Below are positions 40,261-52,600 of a DNA stretch of 64,000 nt, piece by piece (the stretch's first letter is position 1; each line of letters begins with the position of its first letter). The notes beneath the pieces are model-generated. The model worked only from the letters and a program-made list of their open reading frames with translations, searched no databases and was not told where the DNA came from. A program made the position numbers and the translations under genes. The DNA is from Macrostomum hystrix (lineage: Eukaryota > Animalia > Platyhelminthes). The stretch is taken from assembly GCA_950097015.1 (NCBI GenBank), contig CATNEN010000031.1:2728001-2792000 (forward strand). The letters are read 5' to 3'.

Positions 40261-43200
40261 TCAGTCAGAGGGTCTGACCTCCCATGGGATGCTTCCGTCA
40301 GTGTTAAGGATCTAAAATTTTCAACGTAAGACCAGCAGATTTGATTCACGGGATTGCAGGGAATCCCACTGAGGGAATTGTGTAGAGATTGCAGAGAATC
40401 CCACTGAGGGAATCGGGTAGGGATTGCAGGGAATCCCACTGAGGGAATTGGGTAGGGATTGCAGGGAATCCCATTGGGGGAATTGAGTAGGGATTGCAGA
40501 GAATCCCACTGAGGGAATCGGGTAGGGATTGCAGGGAATCCCACTGAGGGAATTGGGTAGGGATTGCAGGTAATCCCATTGAGGGAATTGAGTAGGGATT
40601 ACAGAGAATCCCACTGAGGGAATCGGGTAGGGATTGCAGGGAATCCCACTGAGGGAATTGGGTAGGGATTACAGAGAATCCCACTGAGGGAATCGGGTAG
40701 GGATTGCAGAGAATCCCACTGAGGGAATCGGGTAGGGATTGCAGGGAATCCCACTGAGGGAATTGTGTAGAGATTGCAGATAATCCTATTGAGGGAATTG
40801 AGTAGGGATTGCAGAGAATCCCACTGAGGGAATTGGGTAGGGATTGCAGAGAATCCCACTGAGGGAATTGGGTAGGGATTGCAGAGAATCCCACTGAGGG
40901 AATTGGGTAGGGATTGCAGAGAATCCCACTGAGGAAATTGGGTAGGGATTGCAGAGAATCCCACTGAGGGAATTGGGTAGGGATTGCAGAGAATCCCATT
41001 GAAGGATTGGAACTCACGCAAGCCACCAGTGGACCGCCGCAGCCCAGGCGGATTCGCTCAGAGGTTGCCGGCGAGTGCAGCTGAAAGTTTTCCACATTAG
41101 CGCTTGGCTGCGACGGCAGTCGGGCCGCCAGCACCGCCTGTCTGATGGCGGTGAGCACCGAAGCGGCCAGGTTTAAGGGCGGCTCGCCGACTGCCTTGGA
41201 CGAGTGAACAGCCTTGGGGTGTTCGCACCGGCTGCCGCGAAGCAGGCGGACGTTCAGCACCTCCGGGATGTCGGAGAAGCCGGGCAGCTTGTAGGCACCG
41301 GGCCCGCGTGTCAGCAGGCGACCGTCTGGTGAGCAGCGCAGCTCCTCCAATGTGAAAAGGCCGCAGCCTTGCATGAAGGCGCCCTCCACCTGGCCAATGT
41401 CTACGGCGGGGTTGAGACTGGCGCCGAGGTCCATGACGATGTCGCAGCGGCGCAGCACGTGATCCCCGGTCAGGGCGTCGATTTCGACCTCCGAGCAGGC
41501 GGCGCCGTAGGTGAAGTAGATCGCAGAGTCACCGTGGCTGCTGCGCCGGTCCAAGTCCTCCATGCCCGGGTTGAAGCAGAAGCCATTGGCCGATAGGCTG
41601 ACACCGGCCAGGTAGGCGGCCTTGACCCAGGCCTCCCAGGTGCCGCCGCGGTTGGCATCGACAAACGGTGCCAGACGCCGGCGCAGTTCCAGACATGCAT
41701 TGGCAACCGCCGGGGCGTTAATATCGGTTGTTATGGACGCCGCTGAGGCCGTTGTATTGGGCACCTGTGTTGCGTTAAATTATAGATTTATCGGACAGAA
41801 TTTTAGCAAGCAAATAGCTCGAGAGAGTCTCACCTTGTCTGTAGACGTCTCAGAAATGTACAGCCGCTCAATGGGAAGGTTCAACGCCCTGGCGGCCACC
41901 TGGAGCAGCTTGGTGTGAACGCCCTGGCCCATCTCGACGCCGCCGTGGCAGATCAGCACTGAGCCGTCCAGGTAAATGTTGACGGTTGCTCCGCTTTGCA
42001 TCGGCGATCTGCTGCCCATGCCGATGCCGTACGCGATGGGACACAGGGCGAGGCCGCGCTTCTTGTGCTGGCTGGCCCGGTTGAATGCCTCGAGCTCGCG
42101 CAGGCGGTCGAGATAGTCGGAGGCGGCAATGCACTCCTGCCAGCAGCGCCACAGGTTGTCACTCTTCACCGGCGATCCGTTTAGCGTGGTCTCGCCGGCG
42201 CGGAACAAGTTCACCTCCCTGATCCGATGCTGCTGCATGCCGATGGACTCAGCCAGGTGCGATAGGGCAGTCTCGACTATGGCGCAGGCCTGAGGCGTGC
42301 CGAAAGCGCGGAAGGCCGTGTTGGACGCCAGGCTGGTGCGGCAGAGGCGGATCTCGACGCTGGCGCTGGCAATCCGGTAGGTCTCCAGACAGGCGCGCAG
42401 CATGCGGGCGGCCACGAACTCGGACATGTCCAGGGTGCAGCCGGCGTTCATCAGGATAAGCAGCCGAAGGCCAGTCAGTCGGCCGTCCGCTCCAGCCGCC
42501 AGCTTGTAGCGCGCCTTGACAGGGTGCCGGCCGCCGGACACCACCATGTCGTCCCAGCGATCCAGCACCGCCAGCACAGGTCGGCCGAACTTCAGCGCAG
42601 CCACCGCGGCCGGAGTTGCCAGCATACTCGGCCGCGTCTCTTTGCCACCAAAGCCGCCGCCTACGCGCCGCGTCTTCACAACGATGCGATGTCTGGCAAG
42701 GCCTGTGACCTTCGATAGGTCACACTGCAGGCCGCTGGGGTTCTGGGTGGATGCGTTCACCAGCAGCTCCGAGCAGCCGTCCTTGGGCTGCACCAGGACA
42801 GAGAACGGCTCAAAGTAGAAGTGCTCCTGGCCTCCGATTCTCATCTCACCCTCAACGCTGTGCTCAGCCTCGGCAAAAGCAGCGTCGACGTCGCCAGCAA
42901 CCAGCCGCTTGCAGTTGGCCTCCGGATAGAAACTGCCGGCTGCCTCCGCATCGGAGAGGCTGACCAGCGTCGGGACAGTCGCCGGGCTGTACTCTACGCG
43001 AACGAGTCGGGCAGCTCGCCGAGCAATCGCCCGGTCTGTGGCCAGAACTGCAGCCAGGAACTGGCCGGCAAAGATCACATCAGGGCTGGCGAACACGCGC
43101 TCGTCCAGGTACTCACCACCGTACGAATTGCTGCCAGTCACGTCGCCACTGTCCACTGTGCCAACGACACCGTCCAGCGCGAGAGCCTCCGTGAAGTCCA

Positions 43201-45775
43201 CGGCACGGACGGTCCCGGTGGCTCGGTCACTCATCACCGGTGCGAGGAACAGCTCGCCAACTGTCGGCTCAGCGTCGTCCAAGTACATCGCCTCGCCTGT
43301 CACCTGAGTGATCGCGCCGGTGTGCGCCACTGGTCGCCCAACCAGGTCTTCGATTGGCTGCTCAGCTGGCACCGAATCGAATACCTGAGTCGACGATGTC
43401 GGACGTCTTGAAATTTCGTCCACAGCGGACGCGTCGAATGGCAGGCCAACGTCGCGGCAGACGCGGTGATAGAAGCGGAATAGCATCGAGCAGGCCAAGG
43501 TGGTCCGATATGCGGCCTGCCCGCCCGGGGCGTCCCACGGCACTGCGGCCTCCGTCATCAGCTGGCGCAGCGCGGCCTGCAGAGCGTCGCCGTCCGACCA
43601 TCGACGTCCGATCATCGCGGCGGAGGTCTGGCGCGCCACCAAAACAGTTGGCGCCAGGCCGCCGAAGCAGAATCGTGCGGCGGTCACCCGGTCACTATCG
43701 GGTCCGAGGTCAACCAGCATCGCGGAGTTCACAATGGCGATGTCGTCCTCCTTGCGTCTGGCCTGCTTGAAGGCGTAGCAGTGCTGCCTCTCCGAGCAGA
43801 AAGGTATCTTAAGGCAGCGAAGGACCTCGTCTGGTTGAACCGCGGTTCGCCGGTAACAAACAAAGAAGTCGGAATCGGCTGGCAATGTGCGCTCACCACC
43901 TGCATGGTTTAACAAGATGCACCTGTACTCCACGGGGAGTTCCCTAGTCATTTAGGTTTGGGCTCGAGTCGCGAATAATGAATTAAGGTCACTGAGGTGG
44001 TCAAGGCCTATTCAAACAGTCCTGAGGTGGTCGAGACCAACACAAACAGTCCGGAGGTGGTCGAAACCAACCCAAACAGTCCTGAGGTGGTCGAGACCAA
44101 CTTAAACAGTCCTGAGGTGGTCGAGACCAACACAAACAGTCCTGAGGTGGTCGAGACCAATCCAAACAGTCCTGAGGTGGTCGAGAACAGTCGATCCAAA
44201 CCAACCTACCAACCCAAAACAACCTACCAACCCAAACCAACCTACCAACCCAAACCAACCTACCAACCCAAACAGTCCTGAGGTGGTCGAGACCAACCCA
44301 AACAGTCCTGAGGTGGTCGAGACCAACCCAAACAGTCCTGAGGTGGTCGAGACCAACCCAAACAGTCCTGAGGTGGTCGAGACCAACCCAAACAGTCCTG
44401 AGGTGGTCGAGACCAACCCAAACAGTCCTGATATGACGGTGAAAACCCGAATGTTCATGCATGCATAGTAGAGTTTCCACTTACGCACAGAAGCCAGTGT
44501 TAGCTCTGCACCCAGGGCCACAAGTAGTGGAATCAAGTCCGAAATCGGACTAGCCGTCATCAGGTTGCCGCCGATCGCCTGAAACAGAGGAGACCCAAAA
44601 TGCTGAATCACAGTTTCGTAACGGAATGTGCTATATTAAGAGGCCTGAGCTCCGCCTTACCGCCACATTCCTGATCTGCGGCCCAGCGAACTGGTTCAGC
44701 ATGTCCAGAAGGGCGCGGCAGCCACGCTTTCGATGCTCCTCTAGCGAGCCGCCAATGCCTTCCTGACTGTCGGAGCACAGACGCCGGCACAGCTGCATGA
44801 GCTGGGTCAGGCTGACACTGGCTCCGACAACAAGGCCGGTGGGTGTTACCTCCAGTGTCAGCAGCTCCGGCAGGTTGGCTATGTAGATCAGATGCGAGTA
44901 GCTGGCCCCCTTCTGCTTGGTTTCTATGCCTGGAGTTGAGCGAAGCGCATGCTGGATTGTCGAATAAGTATTGAGACCTTCAAGATTGCAACTTTCTGGA
45001 TTGCAACTTTCTGGATTGCAACTTTCTGGATTGCAATTTTCTGGATTGCAATTTTCTGGATTGCAACTTTCTGGATTGCAACTTTCTGGATTGCAACTTT
45101 CTGGATTGCAACTTTCTGGATTGCAACTTTCTGGATTGCAACTTTCTGGATTGCAACTTTCTGGATTGCAACTTTCTGGATTGCAACTTTCTGGATTGCA
45201 ACTTTCTGGATTGCAACTTTCTAGACTGCAACATTCTAGATTTTAACCTTCTATATTTCAGCCTTCTAGATTTCAACCTTCTAGATTTTAAACTTCTGGA
45301 TTATTTCTTTGCCCTTTTTTGACTAAATAGACAGCTAGACCAATCCACAAGCAGTCTCACCGATTTCACTATTGCCAACCAATAGCTTGGCCTTGGGCAA
45401 CTCAGCTTTTAGCTCCAGCAAGCGCGCCAGGCTGGTTGGCCTGTACCACGTGACTCGATCCGACGTGAATCGCAACTCGCTCGCATCATATTGTGTAGTT
45501 AGCTAGAATGATTTTTAGAAAAAAAAACATTGTTTAAAAAATGTCACTCTGCTCAAACATAAAACTATCAGTAGATTTGCCCTGACTGACCCGCAGCTCG
45601 CTTGGAAACACCGGCTCCTGACTAGGATCGTAGGGTTCTAGATCCTCCATGTTGAACAGCGACATCTGAGTCCTTCCAACCATGCTCGCGTCCATGCAGC
45701 AGCCAGAGGAGCCGCCGCAGCCGCCGCCTCCGCCGCCACGGCAGCACAAAGTCCGCAGTCCGTCTAGAATGGGCC

Positions 45776-45809
<34 letters not shown>

Positions 45810-46910
45810 GCTGGCTAGCAGCTCAGTCTCTTTGGGCTTGGGCTGGGACTGCAGCAGGCTGTAGGCAGACATGAGCACGCCAGGTGTGCAGAAGCCGCAC
45901 TGGGAGCCGTGCGCCCGAGCCAGGCGCTCTTGGACGGCGTGCAGCGCACCGCTGCGCCCGATGCCCTCGATGGTGGTGACGGAAGCGCCGTGCACCGAGC
46001 AGACGGGCGCCAAGCAGGCATTCACGGCCAGGTGTTTGGCTGAGCCCGACTGCCGGTCCCATCGGGACACCATCACGGTGCAGGCGCCGCAGCCGCCCTC
46101 GCCGCAAGCCAGCTTTGTGCCAGTAAGGAGCACTAGGGAGGGGCGATTAATGTACGTTTGATAGCTGTGACAAGCCCTGATGTACGATGTACATCTAAGA
46201 TTCTGGGGTTCTGGAGCACGTTGTGAGGCGCCCGAGTCAATGTAAATTTAAGACGAAATGTTTTTGCTTGTGGCTGTTGTTGGGAGATGCCACAAGTCTA
46301 CGTATTTTTAAGATCGAAGCTTATGTAGCAGGTTGTCAGGCGCCACGAGTCAATGTACATTTAGGAGCGGAGAGTTTTGTAGCAGGTTGTGAGGCGCCCC
46401 CAGTCAATGTACATTTAGGAGCGGAGGGTTGTGTAGCAGGTTGTGAGGCGCCCCCAGTCAATGTACATTTAGGAGCGGAGGGTTGTGTAGCAGGTTGTGA
46501 GGCGCCCCGAGTCAATGTACATTTAGGATCGGAGGGTTGTGTAGCAGGTTGTGAGGCGCCCCGAGTCAATGTACATCTGATATCGGAGAGTTGCGGAGTG
46601 AAAGCATTCTGTCTTACGCTTTCGACGCAGATAGGAGATTAGTGTCTCTTCGGGGTCCGGTGAAAGCTCCACAATCTGAAATATTGTTTTAATACATATA
46701 GTCAGGGCCACTTGAACACACAGAGCGTATCTGATCCTTTTAAATATTAAATAATCTCACTTTAGATTATCTTAAATAATCTAAAATGCCTATCTCAACG
46801 ACTTGGCCTAAAACAAGAAAGGTGAAGTCGCGACACAAGAAACGTGATACATTTCGTTTTTAATTAACTACCTTTCGCTGATTGACGTAGAATACTAAAG
46901 AAGTCTCCAT
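40261..46910 (-). CDS. XDH: Xanthine dehydrogenase-family molybdo-flavoenzyme, 9 exons, 1335 aa
   Basis: Exons 46872-46910, 46618-46675, 45591-46132, 45361-45502, 44661-44929, 44485-44578, 41834-43899, 41018-41764 and 40261-40311 are all GT-AG and in phase (4008 nt). Fe-S motifs: [30 protein letters not shown] domain: [19 protein letters not shown]. Moco domain: [30 protein letters not shown]-terminus IPWEVRP. Confidence 0.93.
40369..41005. repeat. 35-bp minisatellite in the last XDH intron, ~18 copies
   Basis: Unit gggattgcagagaatcccactgagggaattgggta contains the hairpin gggatt...aatccc. Confidence 0.93.
43993..44430. repeat. 30-bp minisatellite interrupted by a 19-bp repeat (XDH intron)
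   Basis: aaacagtcctgaggtggtcgagaccaaccc x~11, with ccaacctaccaacccaaa(a/c) x4 inserted at about 44200-44270. Confidence 0.9.
44984..45300. repeat. 15-bp minisatellite (gattgcaactttctg) (XDH intron)
   Basis: About 17 good copies plus a degenerate flank. Confidence 0.93.
46310..46590. repeat. 54-bp minisatellite, ~5 copies (XDH intron 2)
   Basis: Unit gtagcaggttgtgaggcgcccccagtcaatgtacatttaggagcggagggttgt. Confidence 0.9.
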
Positions 46911-47292
46911 CCAAAGGCTCTGATATTTGAAGTTCGATTTTTGCTGTTGTTTTATGATATTTGGCAAAGTACAGATTGAACAGACAAAAACCGTTTAAGT
47001 TGGTCGACGATACGTTTAAATTAGTTTTCATTGCGTGTAGATTTCTTATCTTTCAAGTGCTGACACATTTTCTTAGCCAATAAAATTTGAGGCCTGGTAC
47101 TCGTAGATAAATCTCTGCTAGAGTGTGTGCCAACTTTCGTTTTTATGATTTGTTTGGTGCACCGTGAGACAGTTTGTAAACTTGCACCTGTTACTGCTTA
47201 CAATCAAGTGCAAGCAGTTAAAAATACTGCAATCTTATGATTGCACTTAAAAATTAATTTTAAAGCGCCAGCGATTATGTAGCTGGCGCTTA

Positions 47293-47900
47293 AATAAGTA
47301 AACTGGCTCTTCAATTAGTAAACTGGCACTTCAATTAGTAAACTGGCACTTCAATTACTAAACTGGCACTTCAATTAGTAAAGTGGCACTTCAATTAGTA
47401 AACTGGCACTTCAATTACTAAACTGGCACTTCAATTAGTAAACTGGCTCTTCAATTAGTAAACTGGCACTTCTATTACTAAACTGGCACTTCAATTAGTA
47501 AACTGGCACTTCAATTAGTAAACTGGGACTTCAATTACTAAACTGGCACTTCAATTAGTAAACTGGCACTTCAATCAGTAAACTGGCACTTCAATTAGTA
47601 AACTGGCATTTCAATTACTAAACTGGCACTTCAATTAGTAAACTGGCACTTCAATTAGTAAACTGGCACTTCAATTACTAAACTGGCACTTCAAATAGTA
47701 AAGTGGCACTTCAATTAGAAAACTGGCACTTCAATTAGTCAACTGGCACTTCAATTAGTAAACTGGCACTTCAATTACTAAACTGGCACTTCAATTAGTA
47801 AACTGGTGCCTGAATTAGTAAACTGGCACTTTAATTAGGAAACTGGCGCCTGAATTAGTATGGTGGCACTTCAATTAGTAATCGGGCACTTCGATTATGA
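47293..47900. repeat. 20-bp minisatellite (aattagtaaactggcacttc), ~30 copies
   Basis: Intergenic between the XDH start and the dynein stop. Confidence 0.93.
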
Positions 47901-48339
47901 ACATTTGTTACATTCTTTATTCATTTATTGCTGCCATCCCAGCAGCTAATTTTCAATTAGATTCCAAATGCACTGAACTTGCAAATAAAATTTCGCAGCT
48001 CTCTCTCTGTGCCCCTCAATCAGTCGCTAAATTATCAGCAGTTTATCGGTGCTGTTTACTCTAGATCAGAAATACAGGCTAGTATATAGCGCGGTGTAAT
48101 GCAGAGAAAAGTTAAGGCACCACCATATCAGAGACTTCCTGCCGATTCCGATACGAGTATCATGTGACACATTCCAGCCGAAAGATTTCAAAAAGCCAAT
48201 GTCAGCCAATTAGAAAATTCCTGTGCAATTTTTATCTTGTCTATTTGAAGCTGTCACTTTTAGTCAAGCATTTTGCAAGCATTTTGCTATTATTTCGATA
48301 AACCGACGCGACTATGCGGTCTGTGATCTGATAAAATGT

Positions 48340-49105
48340 AGATTATCTGAGATCTAGATGATCTGGGAACTATATGATCTGAGATCTAGATGATCTGGGA
48401 TCTAGATGAATAGAGATCTAGATGATCTGGGATCTAGATGATCTGGGATCTAGATGATCTGGGATCTAGATGAATAGAGATCTAGATGATCTGGGATCTA
48501 GATGAGTAGAGATCTAGATGATCTGGGATCTAGATGAGTAGAGATCTAGATTATCTGAGATCTAGATGATCTGGGAACTATATGATCTGAGATCTAGATG
48601 ATCTGGGATCTAGATGATCTGGGATCTAGATGATCTGGGATCTAGATGATCTGGGATCTAGATGATCTGGGATCTAGATGATCTGAGATCTAGATGATCT
48701 GGGATCTAGATGAATAGAGATCTAGATGATCTGGGATCTAGATGATCTGGGATCTAGATGAATAGAGATCTAGATGATCTGGGATCTAGATGATCTGGGA
48801 TCTAGATGATCTGGGATCTAGATGATCTGGGATCTAGATGATCTGGGATCTAGATGATCTGGGATCTAGATGATCTGAGATCTAGATGATCTGGGATCTA
48901 GATGAATAGAGATCTAGATGATCTGGGATCTAGATGATCTGGGATCTAGATGATCTGGGATCTAGATGATCTGGGATCTAGATGATCTGGGATCTAGATG
49001 ATCTGGGATCTAGATGATCTGGGATCTAGATGATCTGGGATCTAGATGATCTGGGATCTACATGAATAGAGATCTACATGAATAGAGATCTAGATGAATA
49101 GATCT
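48340..49105. repeat. 16-bp minisatellite (gatctagatgatctgg), ~48 copies
   Basis: Intergenic array rich in AGATCT/TCTAGA palindromes. Confidence 0.93.
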
Positions 49106-49654
49106 GATATCTAGCTATAGCTGTAGAATTTGTTAGAACGAGTATTTAAACTTGTACTCAAAAACAAAGAATAAAACCTAGTTTATAGTTTTCAGTGAAG
49201 TTAAACAAAAACTTTCAATATCACAATCGTAGGTTTATTTTAACAAGGAAAAAAATATTTTTTCGTGAACCAAACTTATCTAAAATCATTTAACTCAGTA
49301 CGAGCCAGAATTTAGTCTTGTAGCAAAATTAACTTTCACAATAAGGATTTCGCATTTTTATCTATTCAACTTAAAGCCTTTTCATAAATGTGTTTTGTTG
49401 CTTGTTGATATATAAAAATCAATAGGTTGTTTAGAATTGTTACTGTCGAGTACACTTCTTTTGTAGATTTTCATAATGGAAATTATCTTTGAGCTCAAAT
49501 TTGGTCAACAAGCAACACGATCTCGAGCAGTTCAATCACGCCAGGCGTAGCGCGTATGATATACTGATATTCTAATCTGTAAGGAATAACTTTGGAAAAA
49601 TAGGGGAGAGTGCAAAACAGTGCAGTTAAAAGTCACACCAGAGAGTCGACGCAC

Positions 49655-52600
49655 TCAGTCGTCCAGTTGGCAGAGCAGGGCGCAGCCGCGCTTCACCCAG
49701 TGCGACGGCTTCTCGTTGCAATTGAGCAGTATCGGCAGCACGAAGTTGGTGCTGTGACCCGTGGTCGACAGGACACCGCGCCGCTCTGAGGTCTTGTACA
49801 CCGGGCAGGTGTACCTGTTGGACTTCTCGTCAATCTCGTTGCGCTTCATTGGCCGGAGCCAAATTACTGGCACGTGATCGTACAGTATCTTCGGCAGCTG
49901 CTCGCCCAGGCAGTTCCTGTGGATTTTTTGTTAAAATAGAACTTTCCAAAGAGCCACTATGGGAGTAGAAATGGAAACCACGTTTCTTAGAAAATGTTTA
50001 GGAGGCTGGTTTTCACCGAAAAATACACACAGATCCAAAGCTCGTCTTTTGATGTTTTAAATCATGATTCTTGTAAAGTCTACTGGCGAGTAGAAAGTGA
50101 AGAATGTGAAGAATCACGTGATAGTCACTTCGTCCAATAGCGACGACCTTAGAAAAGGAAACTGTTCAGAAACAAGAGACAAACAAAGACTACGTTCTAT
50201 TTAGAAGGTATTCAGTCTGATCTTTGGTTGCTCACCTGTCCCGATCCCACCTGGCGCCGTCCAAGTACAGGCCGATGACGTAGGCGCCATCCTTCGGCGC
50301 GGTTGACATGCTGTCCACAGCCAGCACCTGGAAGTCGAAGCCCAGCAGGTCGATGGGGATGGTGTACTTCCTGGCGTAGTTCTGCGTCACGCCAGTCAGG
50401 AAGGCCTGCGTGAAGAAGAAGCCGGAGATCCAGAACACGGGAGGCTTGTCTTCGTCGTACCATTTCTGCAGGAATTTCAGCCGCTCGAGCAGGTCGTTGA
50501 TGTAGCTGCCCAGCGGCTTCAGGCTGGGATAGGAGTTGCGCATCCAGAGTGCCGGCACCCTGCCCACCGCCAGGCTGCCACCGAGGGCCTCGAGATCCGC
50601 GTTCATCACCACCAGGCCCTTGATGGCCTTCTCCAGCGACTGCAGCGAGGAGCGGACGGTGCCGACCAGCTTGTTGAAGCGCTCCATCTCCTGGGTGAGC
50701 ACGGTGTTCATGCTCTCAGTGTAGACAACCGGGAACTTCCGGATGGCGGCCTCGAGGTCGAAATTCTTTGGCAGCTTCTTCAGAATGTCGCTGGCGATCT
50801 CGTTCAGGTAGGAGTCGCTCTGGCCGGACTTGCTGGTGCCGGCCTGGCCCAGGGTCAGCAGCACGGAGTCGAACAGGCCGCGAGTGTCCTGCAGCTCCCG
50901 GCTGATGTCCACGTTTTCGTGCATGCCGAACACCTCCGGGTGCTGGTAGGCCGGCAGCTTCTTGATGAACTCCAAATAGTCGGCGTACTCCATCTTGTTG
51001 GGGATGTAGTAGGCGCCGGACGGGCTCAGCTTGAACTTCTGCTCGGTGACAACGCCGGGATTATAGAAGTCAGCCAGGATGGTCATGAGGCAGCGCCTGT
51101 CTCTGTCGTCGGTGACTCGGCCGCCGTAGTTACACTCGCCAGTCAGGTAGGTGATGGCGTCGTACGGCACCTGCTCGTACTCGTTCACGAACATGCGCAG
51201 CTGGCGCACCGAGATGCTTAAGTCGGAGTCGTTGAAGCCGTAGGGGATGTTCCAGCCCATCGGGCCGAACTTGCGTCGCTCCTGCACCAGGGCGTGGAAG
51301 AAGCACAGGCTGTAGAGCAGCTTCTCGAATGTGGCCTCCTTGCCTGGGCAGCCGTTGAAGAAGGACGGATCCGAGATGGGATCATTCAGGTAGGACTGCA
51401 GCAGATTCTGGCGCAGGCCGGTGGGCGGCTCGTTGGTCATCTTGACGCCGTTCTGCAGCACCGTCACTGGAAACTTGGCGCTGGGGTAGCTGGTCAGCCA
51501 CAAGCGGAAGTCCTGGTGCGTGGTCTCCTTGGCCAGCCACTCCTCACAGATCTTCTCCAGCTCGCCCATCCAGCTAACGGCCAGGTGGCAGTTCTGCAGC
51601 ATAATCCAGCTGCCGTCCTCCATGGCCTTCTCGATCTTCCTGGCCGCGATGGGTCCCTGGCCCTGGCCCAGCGAGATCGAGTCGAACTTGTTCCCGCTGA
51701 AGCCCATGTCGTCGACAAACTTCAGCAAGGCCATGGTCGGGTCGGCACCCGGCGACAGCACAAAGATCAGCGGCACATCGCGGCGCGAGTCCTGATAGGA
51801 GCGGCTCAGATCAAACGGTGGCGGCTCCACAAACTTCGGGCCGAGCTTCTCCTTGACGTACTGTGTCACCATCGGGATGATCTTGTCCGGCCGGATGCAG
51901 CGGACCACAATGATCCGCTTGAACTCGTCCAGTTTCGTCTGCCAAGGGTCCGGCAGCGGGGCCTCGTGCGGATCCTTGCTCTCGTAGAACTGCTTCCAGT
52001 CCGAGATGTGGTCGCAGAAGTGCTGCCTGCATTTTTGAGGGGGCATTGTCAAGCGCCGGTAGTCTATTGGTCAGTCGAAAGACATTTTTCCCACGTCAGT
52101 CTCCTATTCTGAAGGCCATTTTGAACCAATATCCGATTCTGGAGATTGTCCCGCACCAATGTGCAATTCTGGATATTGTCCCGCACCAATGTCCAATTCT
52201 GGAGGTTGTCCTGCAATGGGGATCAAATAGACCGCAGCAGCGCATCTCACCTGAAGCCCTTAAACGCTGAAAGGTCGGACAGGCGGCAGATCTCGTCCCA
52301 GCTCTTGTCGGACAGCCATGACGGGTCCGGGTTGGCGAGCTTGTTCTCCAGGCCCACGCCGCCAGTCAGGAGGAACAGCAGCTCGGTTTCGTCCAATTCT
52401 CCGCGAGCGCTAAAATCGTGATCCGATTTTTTTAAATTGGTGCTTAAATTGTTTGTTTTAGTGTGCAGATAAATTCAAATTTCTAATAGCACGACATTTA
52501 AAATCGTGATAGAACTGCACTATTTCAATTGAACTTATTGAATTTGGTGAATAACATCAACAAATCTACATAGTATTTGTTTTTAAAACATATAACAACA

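Noticed and set aside
40346-41017. Apparent repetitive C-terminal extension of XDH in the 472-aa ORF
   Set aside because: A consensus donor (TGC|GTGAGT at 41018/41017) removes the 35-bp array. The true last exon 40261-40311 supplies the conserved PW-x-V-R end.
51294-52112. Long antisense ORFs over dynein and XDH exons (also 59895-60599, 58455-59142, 42821-43411, 21565-22727)
   Set aside because: These are expected shadows of GC3-rich coding exons. They show no recognisable domains or independent splice signals.
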